Origin: Camelus dromedarius
Lineage: Eukaryota
Direction: 5' to 3'
Length of the DNA: 64,000 bases
Assembly: GCF_036321535.1 (NCBI RefSeq)
Contig: NC_087437.1
Coordinates: 55,430,001 to 55,494,000 of the forward strand
Part shown: positions 1-11,110 of the stretch, piece by piece
Layout: every line of letters starts with the position of its first letter
How positions within the stretch are numbered: position 1 is the first letter of the stretch
Notes under the pieces: model-generated
What the model was told of the DNA's origin: nothing
Database searches by the model: none
What the model saw: only the letters and a program-made list of their open reading frames with translations
Translations under genes and position numbers: made by a program

Positions 1-362
1 ACAAAACAAGCTTGTGGTAGATACGGTGAATCCCTCTGCTGCCTCCTCAGAGACCTCCCAGAGCTCTGGTTATGACTCTACTGATCCACGGCTGCCACTG
101 CAGGGCAGCTTCTGGAAGACAAGTACTAAGAGAGCACTGAAGCCTTTTAATTCTCCAGAAACCAAGCAGTGTTTCAGCCCATAGTAGGACCTGATGACTA
201 CTTCTCAAGTTCACTTTTTGAAATATGTAAAGCTATCCTTCCTGGTTTTTCTTGGTGATTTGGAATATAACAAGATGTGATTTGCTTGAAAACTTTCTGC
301 AGCATCAGTGCAGGAGTTCCCAAAAGGGAGTTAAAACTTCTGCAGTTGCAGGATTTACAACA

Positions 363-495
363 GAATATTAAAAGGGATCACCTCTGGGTGGTGGGATTAG
401 AAGTAATTTCCCTTTTTTTTTTTGCACTTTTTTTTGCTTCTCTGTACTTGCTACTTGTTTTTACTACTCCAGTACATTTTATGTAAAAATAGCAA
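363..495 (+). mobile_element. Ancient L1 (L1M/L1ME-type) 3' end fragment
   Basis: ...ggatcacctctgggtggtgggattagaagtaatttcc-T-rich..., typical of old L1M 3' UTR ends. Confidence 0.5.
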
Positions 496-514
496 TTATA
501 TTAGGTTGGCAAAA

Positions 515-735
515 GTACCACACTTTGGAGCTGGTGTATGTCTCCTCCACTTGCTACCCAGGTGACCTTGGAAAACTGCCTTCTCCTCCCTAATTCTCAA
601 TGTCCTTATCTATGAAATATGATAATAATAATCTTATACAGCTCATAGAGTTGTGGACAGATGAAAAGAAATAACTTAATGTAAAGATCATAGCATATGA
701 TAGGTGATCAATTAATATATATCCACCGCTATCCT
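515..735 (+). mobile_element. MIR SINE
   Basis: ccacttgctacccaggtgaccttgg...ctcaatgtccttatctatgaaat...ctcatagagttgtg, a MIR core. Confidence 0.75.
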
Positions 736-1753
736 AACTTCTTCTGGACTCTTCAAACTTACAATGGTTTTAGGCTAGAAACGAAGTCTATATGGAATAG
801 AAAACACACATTTACAAAACCTTAAGTGAACGCTTTAAGGTGACTAATTATCCTGAATCTCAGTTCTTTCCCATGTGTCCTTTGGCAACAGGCTCTTACA
901 AGACAGTCTTATTAAACACGGCATCGCAAAGAGCGGAGAAGCCCGCCTGCCAAGTTACCGCTGAAGGGATGTCGGGAAGCAGTGTTTGCAGAGACATCCC
1001 TAGCGGCGAGGACACAGATGAGCGCGGCCTCCGCCGTGTGCAGTGTCGGGCTGTCTTCTGCGACGGGCTGGAATCCAAGCATCCCAGTGTCCCACGTCTG
1101 CTTGTTTTGGCCCTTGTTCAGATCTCTCCACCTAATGGGAACCTGTAGCCTCTGTTTCAGCGCTTGGGCTCGGTTCAGGCAGCTCTCTTAATTGGTTTAT
1201 GTCATTCATTAGGAATTTCTTTTCTTTAAAGTTGGCGACTTGAAGTCAGATTGTGAGAAGAGATTCCGTCCCACCCGTATCTGTTATGATGTTCCTCGGG
1301 GTTAGCAGTGAGGTACTGTGGGGGCTCCTCTGGCAGTGTCCCTAGCTTGGCTCCCAGTTTCCACAGAGTTGGAGGCCGGGTCTGTTTGGATGGGGGGCCC
1401 TCACCTTCTGCCTCCACCTTCGCGGACTGGGAAGGGTGGCAACGTGCCTGCAGAGACCAGCTTTTTTCTTTTTTCCTTCTGCACTTCAAACTGAGGGCCT
1501 TCTGATCTGGGGCATGGATAATTCAAGAGCTTTTTCACTCCTGGAGAGGGCTTGGCTGAGGGAAGATGGGGAAAGATGTGATCGGAAAGGGAGCAAAGAA
1601 ATGTCCAGGTCCATCCGTGTTGCTAGCAGCAATGTTTCTTCTCATACCAGGCCATGACTTACCAGACAGAGCTTGCCATGTGTACACTGCGTGCTTCCAG
1701 ACAGAGCATGACTGCTCCCTCTTCCTGTGCCACGCCCAGTCACTCACCCCCCA

Positions 1754-1754
<1 letters not shown>

Positions 1755-1790
<36 letters not shown>
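1755..1790 (+). repeat. (CA)18 microsatellite
   Basis: Direct reading. Confidence 0.97.
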
Positions 1791-1792
<2 letters not shown>

Positions 1793-2089
1793 GCGGGGTG
1801 TGGGCAGAGAGAATTTCTCTTATTTTAGAGCAGAGAGCAACTGGTTACAGACTTCAGCTCGAGGACAGTTCTCAGCATTCACCCCACCTATGCTGAGAAT
1901 CAGGAAACTCCGACAGTTTCCCACATCCATGTCTTTGTATTCTGTCCTTCTACTTGGATTAACCTTTCCCATCCTTGGGTACCCACTCTTGATTACACAT
2001 TCATGTTCCAATTGCTGCTTCTTTAAGGATTCACTGATCCTCTAGTCAGGGGTGGAATCTCCCTTTCTGCTTCTCTTTTCATGGTTTTC

Positions 2090-2240
2090 TCCACTTTTCT
2101 TCCTTAGAACGTCTATGTCTTTTCTAGCAGACTGTGAGCAACCGAAGGCAGAGGACTTGCCTGGTTTATCTCCAGTAATGCTGCCGGGGTAGTGTTTGGA
2201 GCACAGTCCCACATAGCTCACATTTACTGAATGGATAATA
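2090..2240 (+). mobile_element. L2 LINE 3' end
   Basis: agactgtgagc...gaaggcagaggacttg...catttactgaatgga, an L2 terminus. Confidence 0.65.
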
Positions 2241-2744
2241 TTGTTGCTAAGACAGAGTTCAACCCTTTACATCTTTAAAACTCCATTCTCTGTGGCTTTA
2301 AATGGCAATTCATGTTTGTTTAGTACTCCGTACTTGGTTAACATAACTCCATTGGGCATCACTCAGATTACAAAAAGGGCCTTGGTCTCTTTGACCTTTA
2401 AATTATTATGAAGAAGCTACTTTGATATTCTGAGACTCATTTCTTCTCTGAAGAAATATGTGAGGATATGGTAGAAGGCTGTGGTTGGATGCAAAGCGTC
2501 TTTAGGGGATTGTATGTATGTGCAAATTTTAATTTCAAAGATTAGAAATTCCCAAGGGTGCACGCTGCTGTACTAGGTGTGATACAGGATTAATTAAAGA
2601 TCGTGCTCAAACTTTGTCTTTGTGGCTCTTACAGCCTTTTGGATAATACTCATAATGCAAATAGAATTAATTTTGTCAGACATTGAAATGTTCTGCCGCC
2701 TCTTAATTATGCTGTGGAAAGATGATTTAGCTGGGTTCATTTTT

Positions 2745-2991
2745 TTTTAAATTTTGTTTTTTATTGAAGTGTAGTTGATTTACAATGTTAGTGTCAGGGA
2801 CACAGCAAAGCAATTCAGTTATACATGTATATTTTTTTCAGATTCTTTTCCATTATGTTATTAAAGAAATTGAATATAGTTCCCTATGCTGTGCAGTAGG
2901 TCCCTGTTTATTTTATTTATTTATTTTTATTATATTTTTAAATTGAAGTATAGTCAGTTACAATGTGTCAGTTTCTGGTATACAGCATAAT
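2745..2991 (-). mobile_element. Two tandem L1 3' ends bracketed by one target-site duplication (TSD)
   Basis: polyT+attgaagtgtagttgatttacaatg... (~2745-2910), then T-rich+attgaagtatagtcagttacaatgtgtc... (~2911-2991). TSD TGGGTTCATTTTT at 2732-2744 and 2992-3004. Confidence 0.85.
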
Positions 2992-3439
2992 TGGGTTCAT
3001 TTTTAAACTGTTTCTCTCTCTCTCTCTCTTTTTTTTTTTTTTTTTTTAACACTGAAGCCACTTCTTAAGCTTTGGCCAGGATAGGGGATCTATCTGTCCA
3101 TCTCCTTCTCTCATATGTCTGGGCTCTATCCCACCTCATTCAGGAGTTATTTCTAAAATGGAGGTACATTTTATGAGGAGTTGGTAATCCAACGCCTGTC
3201 TTACCAGGATATAACACACTGAATTCCTTTTGCTTTTGCCTTGAGCTTTTAGCCTAAGTAAGTCATCAGAAGGGTTTGTTTGTTCTGCCTTATAGTTTCT
3301 GATCAAAGCTTCTTTATGAAAGATCAGGTGCCAAAGGTGGAATTTAACTATGAGCTATATTTTCCATGTCTACTTTATCCAAAAGTCAATTTTAAAAACT
3401 TGACTCTTCACAAGGTATTTCAGCAGCGGCAGGTGTGAA

Positions 3440-3940
3440 AAAGACTCAGAAATTAGAAACTGTACTTGACGGTGAACTCCAAGCGAGTCAGCAGTGTGGT
3501 AAGTCACTGACACAGCTGATGGTGTTGGTTAAATTAGCAGATGTACAACTTCTAGAGAAAAGGAGAGGGTTGTCATGGTATATTCCACAGTGACTGGATC
3601 ACTGTCAGAGTCTTATTTTCCTTTCTTGGCCACGTATTTTAATAAGGACATTGTAAAACTGGAAAATATTCAGAAGAGAGTATTTGGCTGGTCAGGGACT
3701 TTTGACCTTATCAAGTGAGGAATGGTTGAAGGAACTAGATATTTGTTGTCACTGCTGTTGCTTTTATGTATATATACAGAAAGAAAGAGAGGAGAGAAAG
3801 AGAAAGGGAGAAAGATTCTATGACAGAAGATTTTATCGCTGTAAACATTTGACTAATGTTCAAGCAAACCTAATACAAGTCTATTTTCTTGATGAAAAAT
3901 GAATTTTCTTGGGGACCTCTGACAATTCCACAATATGATA
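3440..3940 (+). mobile_element. L3/CR1 LINE fragment
   Basis: gagtcagcagtgtg...ccacgtattttaataaggacattgtaaaactggaaaatattcagaagag...aatggttgaaggaactag resembles L3. Confidence 0.55.
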
Positions 3941-4192
3941 GAAAAACTATCTAAATTGTAGCCTTTGGATTTTTCCTTTAACTATAGTTTACCAGTAGAA
4001 CCCTCCTCTCAGATGCCTGGATGCAATTATGTACAAACCTTTGGGCCTCCCACCAGCCAACCAAGACCCCTGCTGAGAACCTCACTGTAGACAGCCCTTC
4101 TTTGACCCTTACCTAGCTGTGCCCATCCCCACAGGCTGAGAAGCCCTCAGGGCCACAGGGATATGCTACCCACAGCCCATGTCCTTCCCTCC

Positions 4193-4350
4193 CAGCTGCT
4201 TGTTACTATGACCCGTGGCACTAGGGTCACCTGGGAGCTTGTTAGAAGTATGGTCCAGAGCTTGAAGACCCACCCCACCAACTAAATCAGAATCTGTATT
4301 TTTAACAAGGTCCCCAGGTGATTCAAATACACATTAAAGTTTGTCAAGCT
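4193..4350. mobile_element. MER5A-like hAT-Charlie DNA transposon
   Basis: gtcacctgggagcttgttagaa...aaatcagaatctgtatttttaacaaggtccccaggtgattc...acattaaagtttg. Confidence 0.8.
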
Positions 4351-5069
4351 TTGCTCTGGGCCATACTCTGGGTACCTGAGACCCTAGAATTGTTGGCCCA
4401 AATGGCCCCACAGTGGCTTTTAGAGCCTGTGTGGGCCCTTCATTTGGTTTGTCTGTTCAAGAGCAGGCTGCCAATGGGCATGTACTTAGGCCTAAAGGAG
4501 TGACTAAGAGGTGGCCATTTGGGGAGCAGACCCGTGGATGGACCTTGGAGACACGGGCTGATCGTTCTCACGTATGCAAAGCTGCCACACTGAGGGACAG
4601 GACACCAGGATTGAAAAATAAGAGAGAGAATCCTGGGTCCCATTCTGTATTGTTGCTCTGGGCCCATCTGGAAGTATAAAGCTCTGTGGTAGAGGTAAAT
4701 CTTAAGTAAAGCAAAATTGCAAAACCCCAAGCTCATATGAATGCAAAGCAATACTATTGCAACATGAAGATAAATCAAAACCCCCAAGTAAACCCTGCCT
4801 CACTTACCTCAAAGCAAATATACCCTGTGGAATGTAGGTAAATCAGCTCTATTTCAGGAAATGGCTGGAATTTCTTAACTTTGTACATAGCTTAGTATTA
4901 TACACCATGTCCTTTCTTTGACACATACCCCAAACCCCATCAAATTTATGATTTGGCAGATTTTGGTGGATGCAAAAGAAACTAGCAGGAATGCAAGAGA
5001 ATTCAGAAATTTCTTTTCTTTTGATTTACTTTGCAGAGCTCTACTGAAGGAGTGCTTTAAACCTGTGTT

Positions 5070-5265
5070 GACAGGTCCCAGGTACTGTACATATAGCCCT
5101 ATGATCGTTCGGCAAAGCAGGCATTCCTAGCTCCATTTTGCAAACAAGGTAACAGAATGAGGGTAAAAGTGACTTTTCCAGATCATGTGGTAAATGAAGA
5201 CACTGAAATTTGAACCCCGGTCTGCATCCTCTAAACTTTATGACTTCTACTACATCCAAGTACCT
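5070..5265 (-). mobile_element. MIR SINE
   Basis: ctccattttgcaaacaaggtaacag...aagtgacttttccagatcat...atttgaaccccggtctg. Confidence 0.7.
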
Positions 5266-8200
5266 CATTAAATAAGTTTTGTTGTTGTCTGAGTTTCACT
5301 GGTGGTAGGTAGAATAGATTCACTTTGGACAGGGACGGAAGGGCCACTGAGCACCCAATTCTTGCTGGACAGTTTGAATGGTTCACATTGACCATGACCA
5401 AGAGGAAAAAATGTGAATCGTGGACAACCTCTGTATGTGGAAGTTAGAGATGGACATTTTTGCTTTGCCTAAATGTGCTGTGTTTTTAAATACCATAAAC
5501 AAACTTCCCCAAGAAGTGTTTCATAAACTGGAAGGGAAAATTAAATAAATGTAGGGCATATCACCTCTTGAAATGTATTCTGTTTCAATTCCTCTGAAGT
5601 GGAAGAGGAAACACATTTGCAGCCATCTGCGCATGATCCAAGGGGCCGTGTTAGGAGGGAAGAGCCTGGTCCCTGCTCTGCCCGTCAGAGCCCTCTGTGC
5701 CCACTGCCTTTCTGGGCAGCCCCGATTGTTTCCCGAAAGGCCCTGGAGAGTGGGGCCAGGAATTTGTAATGACTTGTCTCTCTGATTGCCGTTTCATGTA
5801 TTCCAAACCGTCGACTCACAATCTCTCTTGAGAGGAAATGGAAACAGATAAGATTCAGAAAATATTTTTCTCAAAAGGAGCTTTTTTTTTTTTTTTTTTT
5901 TTTTTAAACTTAGCTACTTACTCTGTGCCTGTTGGAACTTGGTTACTTGGGGTGCTCAAAAGTAATTTCCTTTTAAGAAAGGAGACAAAAACTTAGCAAA
6001 CCTGAGGCCAATGCAATTTGCCAAATATCTCAATTTATAATAGAGGGAGTTGCCTCAGAATCATTTCCTGTATTATGTGGCATTTTTCTTGGTAGCTGTG
6101 CAAGAATCACCCTCTTCTCTGGACATAGGGCAGCCCCTTGGCACAGAAGGGCCCCTCCAGATGGAAGTGGCATGCCAGCATCTGCGGCACAGCGCTCAGA
6201 GCAGAGGCATAGACTACCTGCGTGCAAAGTACCAACCCTGCTGCCCTGGGCGTTTCTCTAAAAATCTCATTTTATGTGCACCTCCAAATGGATGGACTCT
6301 CCCATCTCCCTTAAACAAACAGAAAACAATCTAAGAGCTCATTTTAAAACTAAAAAGTTGAAAAAATGTAAAATAATGAAAGGCAAAAACAGCAGCCAGA
6401 TCATTCTGGTCTGAAAAATGAGAATTTTTGTTTTGTTGTAATTTGTATTTTTTTTTTAACAGTAAAGACCATAGGTCTACTCATTTAAAAACTGGCCACG
6501 TAGTAGAAGGTGGATATGGTGAAGGCAATGGGCAGGGTTTGGATATAGACCTCATTCTTGAACAGCTCCCAGTTCACTTGATGAACAAGTTTACAGAATA
6601 ATTTCATGTTGGTGAAATTATTGTAAATGCTGTAAGAGAGGCCCAGCAAGTTGAATTGTTTGGTTGGAGACTTGAGGAGTTGGAAATGAAGCCTAGAACT
6701 ATACTGTTTGAGGCCCTGAATGTCAGGCTGGGAAAGTGTTTCTGAACTTGATGCAACTGGAAGTCCCTTGAAGTTTCTGAGCAGGTTGGATCAGCAGCGT
6801 GGAGAAAGGCAGAGGGTGGATTCATTTAGACGAAGAGAGAGTAGAAGAGTGGCTTCAAGATGGTGGAATAGAAGGAACCTTCTCCCACAAATCCAGATGA
6901 AGAGAGTACAAATGACAATGTGAACTCTAAACTGACTGTCCGGACATTGGCTCACTGGGCAAATGAACAACTGATTGGTATAAACGCCTCTTTTCTCCCT
7001 TGTCCTGCACATTCACAGGGTACCATGGAAATGTGAGGGGCTGAGGAACCAGAGAAACCTAAATTCTAATCCCAGCTCCACCACTTACTACATAGTGGCT
7101 TTGGACCACTAAATGTCCTCTTTGTTAACCAAGCCTCAGATCTCTTCTAAGTTTATATCTTTTGAATAGAGCTCAGGAATCTGGACTGTGAGATCTAGGT
7201 CAGAGTCCTACCTCTGGAACAGAAATACCTGGATGTAAACCATGGCTTTCGACTGAAAAGCCATGTCTTCCTATGTTCTACGTTTTTGGGCATTTTATAT
7301 CACCTTTCTAGTTTTCATGGAAACAACAGTTTCATGTGGAACAATGGAATAATGGAATGTTTTGTGTGCTGAAAGGCACTGTCCAACCAGCAAATATCAA
7401 GTGCCTATTATTCACTATTAGAGACTTCATATTTTTAATTCAATTTAACCCTTAAATTACCTTTTAGAGAAAATATTACTATTTCCATTTAACAGAAGAG
7501 AAAATTGAGGTGCATAAAGATTGGGAAACCTCTCATTCAGTTAAGTGGAAACCACAATATCAGTCCATTGAAGGTACGTGTAGCCCAACTGGAAACAAAT
7601 GAGCATCATAAAAATACAAATCATGGCACATACACTGAATTTTCTGTTTTCCCCCCAACCCCAACCCAACTTGTCTTTACTCTCATGATTTCCTCTGTTT
7701 TCAATGCACTTAACGCTATTCTTTGTCAGTCACCTTCTTGGCTTATCCATGTCCTCACATCCATCAAACTCTTGCTAAAAGATCTTCTACTTTACGAAGC
7801 CATTAGACTGCTCTGAGTTTCTTGAAGACTTGTTGTGTGTTCTTCAAGCTCTTTACATTGTACTTGGTACAAGGCTGAAGATCAGTAATCATGGATTAAA
7901 TAAATGAAACCTTTTTGATACCTTCCTGCCTCTGGGTCCTAATGACAATTTCACCTAGAGCACTTTCTCTGGGTTTTATAAAGGAATGTTAATGGGGATT
8001 TGCTGATAATCTTGACACTCAGAGCCATAGTTAAATATTGTGGAAGTTACACTCTAAAAAGTTTGAAGGAAGGATTGGAATATGAGGCTCCTTGTGCAGA
8101 ATATGACAATGCTAGTCTACCAGAGTTTGTCTCAAAAAATAATCAGTGGAAAGAAGGTTATCATTTTTAATCATGAGATCACATTTGTTTCATTCTGACA

Positions 8201-9087
8201 AGCATGGAGCTCCAAAAGTACCTTCTAAAACACAAGCATTTAGTTTCCCATGACTGAAAGAACCACATAGATTCTTCTCCTTTATCTAAAACCCATTTAC
8301 CCTCAACCTTATGGGATTGGCCTTTCACTTAAATGGCATCTGTAAAACCAAAGTTTTGCTATAAAACACATAAATTTCTCTTTAGGAAAGGGCTTGAGAA
8401 AAGGTTTTTGTTTTTTTTTTTTAAGTACTTGCCCATAGCTCTTCTAGTAATGCGTCCTTCCTTTACCTGTCAATAGAAGTTTGGAAATGACCAATTAGAA
8501 GAAGAGCTGCTGGAGTCAGGGATGTTGATGGCAGCAAGAAATGACAGCCTGATGGGGAGGGAAGAGACAGCGGACATGGAACTAATAAACTTGGCAGTCA
8601 AGAATCTTTTAGAAGTTGGGTAATAGACTTACTCTTCATATACAACAGCTGGCTTTCATAAAGGAAAACATTGGAGGATAGGAAAGTATTATGGGTGTTT
8701 GTGTATTAATCTAGGTAGCCTCCTAAATTTCAGGCCTTGTTTTGTCAAAATTAAGGGGTGAAGGCTATAGAACATACATAAATAATAAATCCTTTCCATG
8801 TCTTAAAATCTGGGGTTTGTAATGACTTTTACAAAGCTATGACGTAACTAGCTATTTTTGATACAAACTGTTTAAGAAAATAAGAATGTAAGTTTTAACA
8901 ATTTCCATCCTAACAATCCATTCATACCTGTTTTGGAGAATAAAATGGTTTTAGATTTCATTTAAGGGAAACCCCGAAGTCGGTAACCCTTGGCTCTTTG
9001 TGGTCAGAAATGTTAGATGCATGAAGAGTTGGAATGTCGTCCAGAGAGTAGCTAATCTGATGCGTTTATTATTTTATGAAGGAGGGG

Positions 9088-9450
9088 GGTCTTAGTCCTT
9101 TTGGGCTGCTGTAACACAACACCAGAGACTGAGTAGCTTGTAAACAACCAAAATTTATTTCTTACAGTTTTGGAGCGTGAAAAGTCCAAGGTCAAGGTCA
9201 AGGTGCTGGCAGATTCAGTGTCTAGTGAGGGTCTGCTTTCTGGTTCATATATGGTGCCTTTTCTCTTTGTCCTCACATAGTGGAGGGGATTAGGGATCTT
9301 CCTGGGGTCTCTTTTATAAAGGCGCTCATCCCATTCGTGAGGACTCTGCCCTCATGACCTAATCACCTCCCAAAGCCTTCACTCCCTAATTCCATCACCT
9401 TGGGTATTAGGATGTCAACACGTAAATTTTGGGAGGACACAAACATTCAG
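9088..9450 (-). mobile_element. MLT1A-type MaLR solo LTR
   Basis: gtcttagtcc..ttgggctgctgtaaca...aagtccaaggtcaaggtgctggcagattcagtgtct...ctcatgacctaatcacctcccaaag...ggaggacacaaacattcag. Confidence 0.9.
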
Positions 9451-9916
9451 GGAAATGGAGACTTAGAGATATTGTGTCCAGCTCTAAGCTACACAGAAAG
9501 TTTGTATTGGTTCTAAGATTAGACCCGGGTTTTAGTGACTGCCAGTTCAAGGATCATGCTGCCATAACATGTAACATTCGAAGAACTGAATAATATGCAT
9601 CAAACTCACAGGCATCCTAACTTGGTCTGTGAATTTATTTATTTATTCATCATTATTAAAGAAAGATTTATTAAGTGGTTATTATGTACCTAGCACTATA
9701 AAATGTCCATGTTTATTTTATTTTAAGTATTTTACACACACACCCCCCCCCAAAACTGTGAGTTAAGAAATCTTAGGTTGTACCTTTGGTTTGAACCTCA
9801 GTCTTCCTCACCTCAGCCCTGACCATGACCACCTCAAGGACAAGCACATCTAAAGTTTCCAAGCAAATAAACACCTCTTTCAAGTACTTTTAGTCTAGGA
9901 GATTCCATAGCCTTTT

Positions 9917-10133
9917 TTTTTTTACTTTTAACTTTTTTTTTTAATTGAAGTGTAGTCAGTTTACAATGTGTCGATTTCTGGGGCACAGCATAATGTTTCA
10001 GTCATACATGGACATATGTTCCTTTTCATGTTCTTTTTCATCGTAAGTTACTACAAGATATTGAATATAGTTCCGTGTGCTGTACAGTAGAAACTTGTTG
10101 TTTCTTTATTTTATATTTAGTAGTTAGTATGTG
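9917..10133 (-). mobile_element. Young 5'-truncated L1 3' end with TSD
   Basis: polyT+aattgaagtgtagtcagtttacaatgtgtc...; TSD CATAGCCTTTT at 9906-9916 and 10134-10144. Confidence 0.9.
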
Positions 10134-11029
10134 CATAGCCTTTTCAGTTGTTACCCTTTTAGAAATTACTCACCCTCATCTTCTCTGAGTTCTGCTTGTG
10201 TTTTCACCCTAGGTCTTTTGTTTTGCAGTTTAAGATTATTTCTTCTTCTAAGAGAAGAAAGGTCGGATCTCAGCAGCCCTCTGAGAATTTCCCTTAGTCA
10301 TTAAGTTATCCTTTGGCTTTTGGTCTAACAGTATAATACATATTTTAGTTTGGTTTTTCTGCTCAGAAAAAAACCTTAGAGATGATCTAGTTCAACTATC
10401 TGGTTTCACAGAGGACTCCTGGAACCCAGAGAGAAGAAAATAGTTCAAATTACTCAGCAAACCAAAGGCAGATCTAGCCTTTGAACACAGGCCACCTAAT
10501 TGCCACTCAAAGTTCTTACCACAGCACCGCGCTGCCCCTGAATTCTCTCCTTGTAGACACTGCTGATCTGTTTCACGGCATCATTAACCTCTCCCTCAAG
10601 GAATATAACCCACAGAGTTTCTTGGTTACATGTGCCAATAAACGGTTAATCTCACTGAGCCCAAGGCCCTGGAAACTCCTGGGAGGGAGCCAGGTGAGCA
10701 AAGAGAGCAGATAAAGGCAGCACCTGCCCGATGGGTTTGGAACAGCCTGGGGACACAGAGAGAATGTAAACACGTTCTGCAAATCTGATTGTCTGACTCT
10801 GTGCCAGCGTCTTTTGGGTTCTTGTCATGGAAAATATTTTGTCTGAGGTCATTCATTGAGCAGAGGAGCGTTGAATACCCTCCAGGGTGCCAACCCAGTC
10901 CCCCTTTTGTCCAGATGAAATCAGCAAGGGGCCAACATTTCACTGCCCGAGAAGGCCCGCCTTTCACAGTACAGGCCGGAAGGGAGGGAAAAGGAGACTC
11001 TTAGAAAATACATCGTGTTGTTCTGAGCT

Positions 11030-11110
11030 CCTCTCTCCCCCTGGCTGCCCGCCCTCCGCCCTCCTCCCTCCTCCCTCCTCCTGCGCGCCTCCCTCTGTTT
11101 GCTCACCCGG
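11030..11110. promoter_or_regulatory. GC-box/Sp-KLF-rich element (candidate internal promoter or enhancer in the TPRG1 intron)
   Basis: ctgcccgccctccgccctcctccctcctccctcctcctgcgcgcctccc: tandem CCGCCC/CCCTCC motifs with retained CpGs in otherwise AT-rich DNA. Confidence 0.5.

Noticed and set aside
1535..2045. ORFs with HTHTHT/CVCVCV runs (also at 18431, 21930, 22307)
   Set aside because: Translations of CA/TG microsatellites.
5381..5393. Near-palindromic estrogen response element GTTCAcatTGACC
   Set aside because: One-mismatch EREs are expected about twice per 64 kb by chance, and there is no supporting context.
7241..7265. Short hairpin CATGGCTTT...AAAGCCATG
   Set aside because: A 9-bp stem is within chance expectation for 64 kb.
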